From Candidatus Thiodiazotropha taylori (GTDB lineage: Bacteria; Pseudomonadota; Gammaproteobacteria; Chromatiales; Chromatiaceae): 44,410 bases of DNA. The translations under genes and the position numbers were made by a program. Position 1 is the first letter of the stretch; each line of letters starts with the position of its first letter. Of this stretch, positions 1 to 10,258 are shown piece after piece. Below the pieces are notes generated by a model that was not told the origin of the DNA, searched no databases, and was given only the letters and a program-made list of their open reading frames with translations. Location: assembly GCA_019100305.1 (NCBI GenBank), contig JAHRHW010000001.1, forward strand, positions 1 through 44,410, in the 5' to 3' direction.

Positions 1-894
1 AGCCTGCTGGTCACCCTGCACAAGGAGGCCTGGGGTGGCGAAAAATTCTTTCAACTGTTGCAAAAGCTTCTGCAGAATCCGGCCAAGAATCTTGAGCTGC
101 TGGAGTTGATGTATGTCTGTCTCTGTTTCGGTTTTGAAGGTCGCTATCGCCCTCTTCCGGATGGCTATGCACAACTGCAGACCCTGAAAGACAATCTCTA
201 CCGCACCCTGCGCAACCACCGGGATGAGTATGAACGGGATCTCTCAGGACACTGGCAGGGAGAACCACTGAAACAGAATGCTCTGGTTCAATATGTGCCA
301 CTTTGGGTGGTGATGGCGATATCCGGTGTGGTCCTGATGTTGATGTTCTCCGGGTTCAGCCTCAGCCTGAATGTAAAATCCGATCCGGTACACGCCGAAC
401 TGCACAACATTGCCCGAAATGTACAAACGGTGGTTGAACGTGCCCCGCCGCCGCCTCCCAAACCGGAACTTTCACTCAGGGTTCTGCTCGCCAATGAGAT
501 CACTCAAGGATTGGTCAGCGTTGCGGAAAATCACCTGGAGGGTACGGTCAGAATTGCCGGGGACGGTCTGTTCGCTTCAGGCAAAGTGGCGGTCAACAGT
601 CAATTCCTGCCACTACTGAATCGTATCGCAGCGGCAATGGATAGACTCGAGGGGCAGATTGTGGTGGTCGGTCATACTGACAACATTCCCATACGCAGTC
701 TTCGCTACCCCTCCAACTGGCACCTCTCGAGGGCACGTGCTGAATCCGTGGCCAAACTGTTGGCGCTGGATTTAAGCCAACCTGCAAGAATTCAGAGTGA
801 AGGGCGCGGCTCGGCAGAGCCCCTGGCATCCAATGACACAAAAGAGGGACGTGCACGTAACAGACGTGTGGAGATCACTCTTGTAAAACAATAG
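1..894 (+). CDS. tssL: T6SS membrane-complex protein TssL/DotU fused to C-terminal OmpA/MotB peptidoglycan-binding domain (5'-truncated by window edge)
   Basis: Frame 1 is open from base 1: SLLVTLHKEAWGGEKFFQLL is the DotU signature, followed by LCFGFEGRYR and one TM helix (VPLWVVMAISGVVLMLMFSGF). OmpA-like motifs VVGHTDN, NWHLSRARAESV and RARNRRVEI follow. Lies directly upstream of tssM. Confidence 0.95.
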   Translation, partial: SLLVTLHKEAWGGEKFFQLLQKLLQNPAKNLELLELMYVCLCFGFEGRYRPLPDGYAQLQTLKDNLYRTLRNHRDEYERDLSGHWQGEPLKQNALVQYVPLWVVMAISGVVLMLMFSGFSLSLNVKSDPVHAELHNIARNVQTVVERAPPPPPKPELSLRVLLANEITQGLVSVAENHLEGTVRIAGDGLFASGKVAVNSQFLPLLNRIAAAMDRLEGQIVVVGHTDNIPIRSLRYPSNWHLSRARAESVAKLLALDLSQPARIQSEGRGSAEPLASNDTKEGRARNRRVEITLVKQ

Positions 895-908
895 GTATTG
901 CGTACACC

Positions 909-3900
909 ATGCAGGCAATATTGAGAATCATAAAGAACCGCTGGTTTGTCGCCATCCTGGGACTGATCGCCATCTCGTTGATCATCTGGTTGATCGGTCC
1001 CCTGTTTGCCTTTGCCGGCAGTGAACCCCTTGCCTCACCCATGGCCAGACTGATTGCCATCGGCGTGATCATTCTGCTCTGGGCAGCCAATCAGGCCAGA
1101 CGGCTGTTTGCAGCACGCAAGAAAAACCAGCAGATGCTGGAATCCGTGGTCGGTCAGAAAGAGCAGACCTCCGTATCAACCCAGGAGTCGGCAGAAGAGG
1201 TGCAGATTCTTGGGCAACGGCTGGACGATGCCATCCGCATACTCAAAGAGTCGAAACTGGGGGGTAAACAGGATAGCCAATATCTCTACCAGCTCCCCTG
1301 GTATATGTTCATCGGTCCTCCAGGAAGCGGTAAAACCACCGCCCTGCTCAACTCAGGGCTGCACTTTCCACTGGCGGACAAGCTGGGTAACGATGCGGTA
1401 CAGGGTATCGGTGGAACCCGCAATTGTGACTGGTGGTTCACCGATGATGCGGTGCTGTTGGATACCGCAGGCCGCTATACCACCCAGGACAGTTACGAAG
1501 AGGTGGACCGGGCCGCCTGGATGGGCTTTCTCGATCTGCTGAAAAAACATCGCAAACGTCGACCGATCAATGGCGCTCTGGTGGCGATCAGCGTGGAGGA
1601 CATTCTACAGCTGACCGACATTGAGAGAATCAATCATGCTAAGGCGATACGCCTGCGGGTCAAAGAGCTGATCGATCACTTCGGTATCCGCTTCCCGATC
1701 TACGTTCTGTTCACCAAGTGCGACCTGCTGGCAGGCTTCAATGAATTTTTCGAAAACCTGAGTCGGGATGAGCGTAACCAGGTCTGGGGAATGACCTTTC
1801 CGCTCAACGAAAAAGGCAGTCAGGATGATGTAATCAACCACTTCAAGGGTGAGTTCAAAGCCCTGGAACAGCGTATCGATGCCCGCCTGATGGACCGTCT
1901 TGAACAGGAACGGGATGTCAAGCGCCGGGTTTTGATCTACTCCTTTCCGCAACAGTTCAGCGCACTGCGTGAAGCAGCGGAGACCTTCCTCCAGGAAGCG
2001 TTCAGCGAGAACCGTTTCCAGGAAACCCCAATGGTCAGGGGTATCTACTTCACCAGCGGCACACAGGAAGGCACGCCGATCGATCGTCTGCTTGGATCGA
2101 TGGCCCAGGAGTTTGGCCTTAATCGTCAGATCGCCCCAGCCTTTTCCGGTACCGGTCGCAGTTTTTTCATCAACCGACTGTTCAAGGACTTGATATTTGC
2201 CGAATCCCATCTGGCCGGTATCAATACCCGGGTTGAGAAACAGCGGGCCTGGTTACAACGGATTGCCTATGTGGGTGCCATCTCCCTGGCTCTGCTGGCC
2301 GGCATCGCCTGGTTTACCAGCTACAGCCGCAATCAAAGCTATATCGATCAGGTTGCCATTCAGGCCAATGCCGCAGACGAGAAAGTCAACGCAGTTGCCG
2401 CTGACGATCTGACATTGACCAATGTGGTACCCGCCCTGGAACTGGTGCGTCGGATTCCCGGCGGCTATGAGGATCAGGAGAAAGAGATCCCCTGGCTGAT
2501 GGGGCTCGGCCTCTACCAGGGTGATAAGCTGGGCAGTGAGGCGATCAATGCCTACCACAACAGCCTAAAGAACCTGTTCCTGCCACGCATTATTCTCAGC
2601 CTTGAAAATCAATTGAGTCGGCAGGGTAACAACCCTGACTATCTGTATGAGGCGCTCAAGGTCTATCTGATGTTCGATGATAAGGAGCATTACGATGCCG
2701 AGACTGTGAAGACCTGGATGCTGTTGCAATGGCAGCTCAGCCTGCCTGGTGGGGAAAATGCCCAGGCCCGTCAGGCCCTGGCGGGCCATCTGGACGCCCT
2801 GCTTAGCCAGATGCCGATGCCGCCAACCATCCCGTTGGATGAGGCGCTGATCAGCCGGGTACGCAATGACCTGCTGAGAGTACCGCTGGCAGACCGGGTC
2901 TACGACCGGATGAAACGCACTACCGCCGGTGGTTCGATCGCCGCCTTGCGACTGACCCAGGAGATTGGCCCCGATGCGGAACTGGTCTTCAGTCGACGCT
3001 CCGGTGAACCACTGGATAAGGAGATCCCCAGCCTGTTTACCTATGAGGGATATCATAAACTGTTCCTCAAGGATCACCTGTCGATCGCCAATAAGTTGCT
3101 CGAGGAGAAGTGGATCCTCGGCCCTGATCTGGAAAAGATCATCGGCAAGACCGACCTGGCCAGGCTCAGCAGCCGGGTCAAGGATCTCTATTACGCCGAG
3201 TACATCCGTATTTGGGAACAGCAACTGGCTGACATACGGGTGAAACCGTTCAACAATATGCGTCAGGCTGTAGAGGTGTTGAATGTTCTTTCCGGGCCTA
3301 CCTCGCCACTACGCCGCTATCTGAAGCTGGTGCAGGAGCAGACCACCCTCTCCCGCCTGCCGGGAGGTGCACAGAAGGCAGCTGAGCTGGCGGCTGAGCA
3401 TGGATCGGGCATTACCCGGCAGTTGGCTTCAATCCTTCAGGTATCACCCGATGAGAGCCAGCAAGAACCTGAAAAGCAGCTGCTGAGTACACCAGTGGAT
3501 CAACACTTTGCTGATCTGAACCGAATGATCAATGCTCAGGAGGGTGAGCAGGCTCCGCTGGAGAGAACCCTGGAGATGCTCAACGAACTGTATGCCCACA
3601 TGAACTCCATTGCCTCTGCCGGCAATCAGTCGAGTCAGGCATTCAACGCTGCACGGGATCCTGCATCCGGCGGTGTGATCAGCCGCCTGAAACTGGAGGC
3701 GCAGCGTCAACCCGGCCCACTGGCCGATATGATCAATACCCTGGCGGACGGCAGTTCCAATCTGACCGTCTCGGGAGTAAGAAGTCATCTCAACTCAGTC
3801 TGGAACACCCAGCTTCTGCCTTTCTGTCAGCGCAGTCTGTCGGGACGCTATCCACTGGAGCGCAACAGCGTACGCGAAGTGACGATCAGTGATTTTGGAC

Positions 3901-4487
3901 GATTCTTTGGTCCAGGCGGAATGATGGAGAACTTTTTCAATACCTACCTGATCGACTTCGTCGATACCTCACGCAGAGTTTGGCGTTGGAATGCGGCTGG
4001 CAATAAAACCCTGGGCATACCCACCAGCACCCTGCGACAGTTCCAACGGGCAGCGGTGATCCGGGACGCCTTCTTCAGCGGCAGCAGCCCAGAGCCGAAG
4101 ATCAACTTCGAAATCAAACCGCTGAGCATGGACACCACGATCACTCAGATCACCCTGTTGCTCAATCAGCAGCGGGTCAGATACAACCATGGGCCGACCC
4201 GTTGGAACCGACTCACCTGGCCGGATGATTCCGGCATCAGCGACGCCAAGATCCTGCTTGCACCACCGGCAGGCAATAAACCCTCCGGTCTGACTGAGGA
4301 TGGACCCTGGGGCTGGTTCCGCATGATCGATCAGGCTGCAAGTGAAGCCACCAACACCCCTGAAACCATCAACGTGACCTTTGATGTGGGTGGTCGACAA
4401 TCCCGTTTTGCACTACGCGCAAGTGGTGCACTCAATCCATTCCAGTTAAAAGAATTGGCAGACTTCCGGTGTCCGAACAGACTTTGA
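909..4487 (+). CDS. tssM: T6SS membrane-complex protein TssM/IcmF
   Basis: 1192 aa with N-terminal TM helices, YQLPWY..IGPPGSGKTT Walker A, GTRNCDWWFTDDAVLLDTAGRY, RGIYFTSGTQEG, a third TM helix and C-terminal GPWGWFR. Confidence 0.97.
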   Translation: MQAILRIIKNRWFVAILGLIAISLIIWLIGPLFAFAGSEPLASPMARLIAIGVIILLWAANQARRLFAARKKNQQMLESVVGQKEQTSVSTQESAEEVQILGQRLDDAIRILKESKLGGKQDSQYLYQLPWYMFIGPPGSGKTTALLNSGLHFPLADKLGNDAVQGIGGTRNCDWWFTDDAVLLDTAGRYTTQDSYEEVDRAAWMGFLDLLKKHRKRRPINGALVAISVEDILQLTDIERINHAKAIRLRVKELIDHFGIRFPIYVLFTKCDLLAGFNEFFENLSRDERNQVWGMTFPLNEKGSQDDVINHFKGEFKALEQRIDARLMDRLEQERDVKRRVLIYSFPQQFSALREAAETFLQEAFSENRFQETPMVRGIYFTSGTQEGTPIDRLLGSMAQEFGLNRQIAPAFSGTGRSFFINRLFKDLIFAESHLAGINTRVEKQRAWLQRIAYVGAISLALLAGIAWFTSYSRNQSYIDQVAIQANAADEKVNAVAADDLTLTNVVPALELVRRIPGGYEDQEKEIPWLMGLGLYQGDKLGSEAINAYHNSLKNLFLPRIILSLENQLSRQGNNPDYLYEALKVYLMFDDKEHYDAETVKTWMLLQWQLSLPGGENAQARQALAGHLDALLSQMPMPPTIPLDEALISRVRNDLLRVPLADRVYDRMKRTTAGGSIAALRLTQEIGPDAELVFSRRSGEPLDKEIPSLFTYEGYHKLFLKDHLSIANKLLEEKWILGPDLEKIIGKTDLARLSSRVKDLYYAEYIRIWEQQLADIRVKPFNNMRQAVEVLNVLSGPTSPLRRYLKLVQEQTTLSRLPGGAQKAAELAAEHGSGITRQLASILQVSPDESQQEPEKQLLSTPVDQHFADLNRMINAQEGEQAPLERTLEMLNELYAHMNSIASAGNQSSQAFNAARDPASGGVISRLKLEAQRQPGPLADMINTLADGSSNLTVSGVRSHLNSVWNTQLLPFCQRSLSGRYPLERNSVREVTISDFGRFFGPGGMMENFFNTYLIDFVDTSRRVWRWNAAGNKTLGIPTSTLRQFQRAAVIRDAFFSGSSPEPKINFEIKPLSMDTTITQITLLLNQQRVRYNHGPTRWNRLTWPDDSGISDAKILLAPPAGNKPSGLTEDGPWGWFRMIDQAASEATNTPETINVTFDVGGRQSRFALRASGALNPFQLKELADFRCPNRL

Positions 4488-5263
4488 ACTCATTGCAAAA
4501 CGAGGACTTTCCAGGCCTCTATGGTAAAATTCCATCACTGGGGGATTTTGTCACCCGCCGGCTTCCACGCGGCTTCATCGCCCCTTGGGAGACCTGGATG
4601 CAGGAGGCGATCGCCAACAGCCGGGAGCAGCTGGGGGACTTCTGGCTGGATAACTATTTGACCAGTCCGATGTGGCGTTTCGCGCTCTCTCCAGGCATCT
4701 GTGGCGAACAGGGGTGGGCAGGAATCCTGATGCCCAGCGTCGATCGGGTTGGTCGCTACTACCCGTTTACCCTCGCAGCAAAGCTCGATCCGAAGTTTAA
4801 TCTTTTTCTGTTCATGGAGGAGTCGGAGAGTTGGTTTGCCCGTTTGGAAGAGCTTGCCCTATCCTGCCTGGAGGATGATTTCCAGATGGATGCGTTGGAG
4901 CAACAGCTGCGACAGCTCAGCACACCAACGGCGGAGCGTGAAGAGCTGTCTCACCCGGATGCACCCGTTACACCGCTGAACAATGCCTGGCACGCTCAGT
5001 TGCAGGAACAGTCCGCATTGCGTGGTCTCTATCCCCTGTTCATGCCCCACCTGATGAAAAAACTGTTGTTTGCCTACAGCATTTGGTGGACACAGGGTTC
5101 AGAGCGGATCTCCCCCTCCCTGTTGATCTGTCAGGGACTGCCACAGATAAGAGGAGCCAGTGCCTTGATCGATGGCGCTTGGACAGAGCATGGCTGGGAA
5201 GAGATAGAAACCGGTGCCTACAGCATGGGATTCGCCACTTCAGAAACACCAGAATCCTTATGA
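4469..5263 (+). CDS. tagF: T6SS-associated regulator TagF/ImpM
   Basis: Motifs GLYGKIPSLGDFV and MPSVDRVGRYYPF. GTG start overlaps the tssM 3' end, and the gene sits between tssM and pppA. Confidence 0.93.
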   Translation: MSEQTLNSLQNEDFPGLYGKIPSLGDFVTRRLPRGFIAPWETWMQEAIANSREQLGDFWLDNYLTSPMWRFALSPGICGEQGWAGILMPSVDRVGRYYPFTLAAKLDPKFNLFLFMEESESWFARLEELALSCLEDDFQMDALEQQLRQLSTPTAEREELSHPDAPVTPLNNAWHAQLQEQSALRGLYPLFMPHLMKKLLFAYSIWWTQGSERISPSLLICQGLPQIRGASALIDGAWTEHGWEEIETGAYSMGFATSETPESL

Positions 5264-6015
5264 CCCAGAATCGATTCTATTGGGTCTCTGCCCACTTGAC
5301 TGACAAGGGTAAAGTGCGCAGCATCAATGAAGATGCCTGCCTCGATCGGGCTGACCTGGGAATCTGGGTGGTTGCCGATGGCATGGGTGGGCATGCTGCC
5401 GGGGATCTGGCCTCAGGCATGATTGTGAGTGAATTGAAATCGCTCGACCCAGGTAACTCAATTGGTGAGCTTGCCGGAAACGTTGAACAAAAACTGCATC
5501 AGGTCAATCAACACCTGCTGTTGGAATCCCATCAACGTGGCGGTGAGATCATCGGCTCAACGGTGGTTACCCTGCTTGCCTATGATGGATATTGCATCTA
5601 TCAATGGGCTGGAGACAGCCGTATCTATCTCTATCGTCGCGGAAATCTGAAACAACTCAGCCGCGATCACAGCCAGATTGAGGAGATGATCGAACAGGGT
5701 CTGGTCACCTCCGATCAAGCCGAGCAATCATCCATCGCCAACTACATCACCCGGGCAGTTGGTGCTGCAGAGGTTCTGGAGTTGGATGCGGAGATGGTGG
5801 AGCCCTGTGACGGTGACCTGTTTTTACTCTGCAGTGATGGCCTGAACAAAGAGGTCAAGGATGCTGAAATCGCTGAAATTCTAGGGCGTTACAGCTTTCA
5901 GGATGCAATACAACAACTCATTAGCCTGGCCATGGACAGAGGCGCCAGAGATAATGTCACACTGGTGATGGTGCAAGCGAAAGCCACACAAAACCTGCAG
6001 CCCGAAGAAATCTAA
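5260..6015 (+). CDS. pppA: PP2C-family Ser/Thr phosphatase PppA
   Basis: Motifs RSINEDA, VADGMGGHAAG, WAGDSRIY, LLCSDGL and ARDNVT. True start is probably ATG 5260 (ATGA overlap with the tagF stop), not 5083. Confidence 0.92.
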   Translation: MTQNRFYWVSAHLTDKGKVRSINEDACLDRADLGIWVVADGMGGHAAGDLASGMIVSELKSLDPGNSIGELAGNVEQKLHQVNQHLLLESHQRGGEIIGSTVVTLLAYDGYCIYQWAGDSRIYLYRRGNLKQLSRDHSQIEEMIEQGLVTSDQAEQSSIANYITRAVGAAEVLELDAEMVEPCDGDLFLLCSDGLNKEVKDAEIAEILGRYSFQDAIQQLISLAMDRGARDNVTLVMVQAKATQNLQPEEI

Positions 6016-6080
6016 TCTGATATATTGATCGACATGCCAATCCAGCTAATTGCTACATGCAGCCAAAAGGAATCTAAGAA

Positions 6081-7442
6081 GTGAAAGAGGTAACCAGCTT
6101 TCGGGATTTCTGCAAATTCCTATTCATTGTCATTTCTGTGCTGGCTCTGAGCGCCTGTCAGTTGACCGGGCCTAAAAAAGAGGCTCAACCGGTAGCCATG
6201 GAGCCGGAACCAATAGAAGAGACTATTCCTCCACCAACCGATTCACTGACGCCCAATCAGCGGGTACGAAAAGCGCTACAGCATCTGCAGCAGGGTGACT
6301 ATGAGAATGCCCGCAACCAGTTGAACTGGGCCTTGATGGATGATCCCGATCATAAGCGTGCCAACCACCTGCTGGAGCAGATGGATGCTGACCCGATTGA
6401 GTATCTTGGACTTAAAAACTTCTATTACGATGTGCAGCCGGGTGATTCGCTATCCCTGATTGCCAAGAATTTTCTCGATGACCCTTATAAATTCGTGATT
6501 CTTGCCAGATACAACGACCTGGACAATCCCAGCAAGCTGGCTCCGGGTCAACGTATTCGTGTGCCGGGGATTATGCGGGAAAAGCCGAAAATCAAGGCAA
6601 AACCCAAAACCAAGCGGAAGCCTGATGTGGTATTGACTGAGGAACCCGTAAAGAGTGAAGCCAAAACCGACACCTCTACCGACCCGGCTGCCACATCTTC
6701 TCAGGCAGATGAGCCAGTGCCGTCAACAGCGACTGAACCGGTTACAGAAGTCGACCCACCTTCAGAGACAGCGCTGGCAGTGGAGCCAGAACCTGAACTC
6801 GAACAGTTGGAAGAGACAGCGAACACACTTCCTGAGAGCCCCCCAAACAGTGATGACACACTGAGCTCTGCCCGGCAGTTGCATGCTGAAAAAGACCTGC
6901 CAGCAGCCATCTATCTGCTGGAGAGTGAAAACAGCAGTAACCCAGAAGCTTCAGAGGTACGTACCCAGCTGGCAAGTTACTACACCGAGTATGCAAACCA
7001 ATTGATCAGAGAGGATGACTTGGAAAGTGCCCGGCAGACCTTGGAAAAGCTGATCATCCTTGATGCCTCCGACAACAACGCTATCAATCAACTCATCTAT
7101 GTGGAAGACAAACTTGAAGCCCGCAAGCTGCTGCAAAAAGGAGAGAATGAAGAGCGTGGTGGACAGTATCAAACTGCCTATCGCACTTATGGCCAGGTAT
7201 TGACCTATGATCCTGACAATCAATCCGCACAAGAGTCTCAAATCAGAGTGAGAAATCAACTGACTGACAGTTACCATCGTCAGGCCATGCAGCTGTTTCG
7301 CCGACAGGAACTGGATGAAGCCATCGGATTCTGGAATAAGATCCTTGAACTTGATCCAAATCATTCGCTCGCCCCGGGTTACAAAGCACGCGCCCTGGAG
7401 ATGAAGCAACAGCTTCAAAAGATAGACTCGAAGCCCAATTGA
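6081..7442 (+). CDS. Lipoprotein with TPR, LysM, Pro/Glu/Thr-rich linker and C-terminal TPR repeats
   Basis: Lipobox LALSA-C. LysM segment YDVQPGDSLSLIA...NDLDNPSKLAPGQRIRVP. TPR-like ends VLTYDPDNQSA and ILELDPNHSLA. Confidence 0.85.
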   Translation: MKEVTSFRDFCKFLFIVISVLALSACQLTGPKKEAQPVAMEPEPIEETIPPPTDSLTPNQRVRKALQHLQQGDYENARNQLNWALMDDPDHKRANHLLEQMDADPIEYLGLKNFYYDVQPGDSLSLIAKNFLDDPYKFVILARYNDLDNPSKLAPGQRIRVPGIMREKPKIKAKPKTKRKPDVVLTEEPVKSEAKTDTSTDPAATSSQADEPVPSTATEPVTEVDPPSETALAVEPEPELEQLEETANTLPESPPNSDDTLSSARQLHAEKDLPAAIYLLESENSSNPEASEVRTQLASYYTEYANQLIREDDLESARQTLEKLIILDASDNNAINQLIYVEDKLEARKLLQKGENEERGGQYQTAYRTYGQVLTYDPDNQSAQESQIRVRNQLTDSYHRQAMQLFRRQELDEAIGFWNKILELDPNHSLAPGYKARALEMKQQLQKIDSKPN

Positions 7443-8111
7443 CAGGCTGTATAGAAGTGGCTGGCTGGAGGCATTAATTCAGTCAGTAACTGAAAATGTC
7501 ATATCAGCTACAGCTATTGCATCAGCAGAAGTACTGATATCCAGGCTGAGTTAACTATGCTTCATTAGCCGCTGTAGCAGACAAAAATGGTGCTCACTTT
7601 GCTGTATGCAGTCATTTTCCAAATCATCATTTTAAATATCGCCCGCTGTTAACCCCTACAACCTGCACCGATTCTTTTCAGCAGTAACAAGTGCTCATGA
7701 ATTACCTGACACTTTGTCACACTATTTCTAACTTAATCCTATGCTTATCACGCTCTAAACCGGGATGAGTTGATTCAATACTGCACGCATGAATTTAATT
7801 CCTATTTTGGTTGGTTATGTTTAAAACAAACCAGTTTTAATCACATTTTTTCAAGGCGATGAGCTATGCTTATGTTCTATTGACTTTACTCAGTTGACTT
7901 CTTCAATAGAGCATGAATAATACGCTGCAAGTATTGTGATCTATTGGATAAATTTCTCAATTTCACAATATTTTTTGGAATTGTTTGCGGGGTAATCTCG
8001 AACGGAATCATGCTGAAAGCAGAGTTTTTGCTTATCGTTATGCAATCTTTGATGGAACCATCAGTTCGCAGCAATCGATTTGATATTGATATCTAGCAAA
8101 ATGGACTTAAT

Positions 8112-8846
8112 GTGCTTGAAGCACTTTCGACAACAAATATAATAATTGCCGCAATCATCATCTGTTCTGCCTATCTGGTTAGAGGTATTTCAGGTTTTGG
8201 CTCAGGTCTGATTGCTATACCTTTACTTGCATTGATGCTGCCTTTGTCAATCGCAGTACCTTTGATTGTGTTACTCGATTACATTGCATCTGCAAGCCAC
8301 GGTGTAAAGCATCGTGAAGCGATTTGCTGGCGGGATATTTTGCCACTGCTCCCCTTTTCGATCATCGGGGTTTTGATGGCTCTCTATCTGTTCAACTCAG
8401 TCGATGCTCAGGTACTTCGTTATGGCTTGGGAATCTTTCTGCTATTGTTTGCTGTCTATTCACTTTTCAGCATAACACCCAACGCTGCACCCTCTCTGCT
8501 ATGGGCGGCCCCAGGTGGAACTCTGGGAGGTTTCATTGGCACACTTTTCGGTACCGGCGGTCCGTTTTATGTCCTCTATCTGAAACTCAGAGGACTCAAC
8601 AAAACAGAATTTCGGGCGACATTTGCGACCATTTTTCTGATCGATGGCATTGGACGCTTGATTGGTTACATGGCAACCGGATTCTTTGACCTTGCGTTAC
8701 TCAAAGTCGTTGCGGTTGCGATTCCTCTGATGGCCATCGGTATGTACATTGGTGGTCAAATACACAGCAATCTCTCTCAGGAGACGTTTCAAAGGGGAAT
8801 CAGCATACTGCTGATTATCAGTGGAATTTCCCTGTTGTTAAAGTAG
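8112..8846 (+). CDS. TauE/SafE (TSUP) family membrane transporter
   Basis: 244 aa, almost entirely hydrophobic, with the duplicated motifs GISGFGSGLIAIPLL and GTLFGTGGPF typical of the family. Confidence 0.85.
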   Translation: MLEALSTTNIIIAAIIICSAYLVRGISGFGSGLIAIPLLALMLPLSIAVPLIVLLDYIASASHGVKHREAICWRDILPLLPFSIIGVLMALYLFNSVDAQVLRYGLGIFLLLFAVYSLFSITPNAAPSLLWAAPGGTLGGFIGTLFGTGGPFYVLYLKLRGLNKTEFRATFATIFLIDGIGRLIGYMATGFFDLALLKVVAVAIPLMAIGMYIGGQIHSNLSQETFQRGISILLIISGISLLLK

Positions 8847-8854
8847 CCTGACAA

Positions 8855-9622
8855 TTACTCAAACTGGTTAACCAAAGAGCCTATTCCGTCAATTCTTATC
8901 TCGACCGTGGCCCCCTGAGACATAGGTCCCGCACCCAACGATGTACCACAGGCAATCACATCTCCTGGATTGAGCGTCATATCCCTCGAGAGACGGCTGA
9001 CAATCTCTCTTGGGGAGAAAAACATGTCATCAACCGGATAGTTCTGATGCTCTACACCATCGACCAGTGTTCGGACAGTCAGTGAGTCAACATCGAGTCC
9101 CGTAGCAACTACCGGCCCTACAGCCCCGAAGGTGTCAAAGCTTTTTGCTCGGGTCCATTGAACAAATGACGGATCCTCTTTCATCAGACCTCTAGCGGTA
9201 ACGTCATTGACGCAGGTGTATCCAAAAATGTACTTATCAGCCTCATCTTCGTTGATATTGCTGCAACGCGCCCCGATCACTATGCCTAGCTCGCCTTCAA
9301 ATGCCACAGGTCCATGATAGGTTTCCGGTTGTCTAATTGTCTGTCCGCTCGCCAGAAATGAACCATTGGCCTTCATGAAATAGAGCGGATGGTTTGGCTG
9401 AGACCAGCCCTCTTTTGCTGCCCTTGAGCGGAAATTGTTCCACAACCCAATCATTTTCGACGGCTGAGTGGGAATTAACAGATTAATATCCGCAACCGGT
9501 AAAAATTCACCCGTCGCTTTTGACTCCTGAAACATATCCCCTTGATAAACAGCAATATGATCATTCCTTAAGGTGCCAAATCCATGCTTTCCCAAATACT
9601 CAAACCTGACCCATAGCTCCAT
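8855..9622 (-). CDS. Fumarylacetoacetate hydrolase family protein
   Basis: Motifs FEGELGIVIG, GYTCVNDVTAR, RAKSFDTFG and TLNPGDVIACGT. Confidence 0.92.
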   Translation of the reverse strand: MELWVRFEYLGKHGFGTLRNDHIAVYQGDMFQESKATGEFLPVADINLLIPTQPSKMIGLWNNFRSRAAKEGWSQPNHPLYFMKANGSFLASGQTIRQPETYHGPVAFEGELGIVIGARCSNINEDEADKYIFGYTCVNDVTARGLMKEDPSFVQWTRAKSFDTFGAVGPVVATGLDVDSLTVRTLVDGVEHQNYPVDDMFFSPREIVSRLSRDMTLNPGDVIACGTSLGAGPMSQGATVEIRIDGIGSLVNQFE

Positions 9623-9976
9623 AATCCATCTCCCTAATCAAAAAGAACAGCCCAGTATCGCCACCTTCAACAGTTACAGCTTTAAATTTCAGGCATAACA
9701 AGCTGATTTAATAGAAATAGACCTTTGTATGAAAACTCTGATCCTGACCTATCAAATGTGCCTATCCACGATCACTGATGTTGTAATTGAGTGATCGAAA
9801 TTCAAAAAAAGAATTCCGTTCCCAGATTATCAATCTTACACGGAATTTTATTCACATGTTGCTGTTTTTCAAAGCCCTTTAGCTTCAGAAGCACAGAAAT
9901 GAGTCGCTAACTCAGGCAGATGGATATGTCACTGGTTACGTTGTTACAGGAGTGTAAGTTGATTCGTAACTGAAGT

Positions 9977-10225
9977 TTGTTTGACCTTTGGCTATCAAAT
10001 ATGATGGAACAACTCTACAAAATAGCACTTACTAGTTTTGCCATAGGCACTCTGTTTCTGCCTTTGTTGCTATTTGTTAATTACCTCGAAGCCCGTTATC
10101 CGGCTACCACTCAACTCACCAGTCTGGCGTGGTACGAGATGTTCATCATTCTCATGTTGTTGGTAATTCCCTTCGGCACCTTAAAGCTCCTTCGCGTACC
10201 CTGGAACGATAAAGAACCTCAGTGA
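9977..10225 (+). CDS. Possible small two-TM membrane protein (start may be ATG 10001)
   Basis: Short ORF with two hydrophobic stretches filling an otherwise empty gap. No recognisable motif. Confidence 0.35.
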   Translation: MFDLWLSNMMEQLYKIALTSFAIGTLFLPLLLFVNYLEARYPATTQLTSLAWYEMFIILMLLVIPFGTLKLLRVPWNDKEPQ

Positions 10226-10258
10226 GCAGAAATTCTGCTCTATCCATTGCTGCTTGAT

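Noticed and set aside
5083-5259. N-terminal extension of the phosphatase ORF
   Set aside because: It overlaps tagF in another frame. The ATGA coupling at 5260 gives the natural start.
7707-7719. TGACA-ctt-TGTCA palindrome as a regulator site
   Set aside because: Single short palindrome about 400 nt from the nearest start, with no supporting context.
7886-8074. 62-aa minus-strand ORF in AT-rich DNA
   Set aside because: Short, with no motif or clear RBS. Probably chance.
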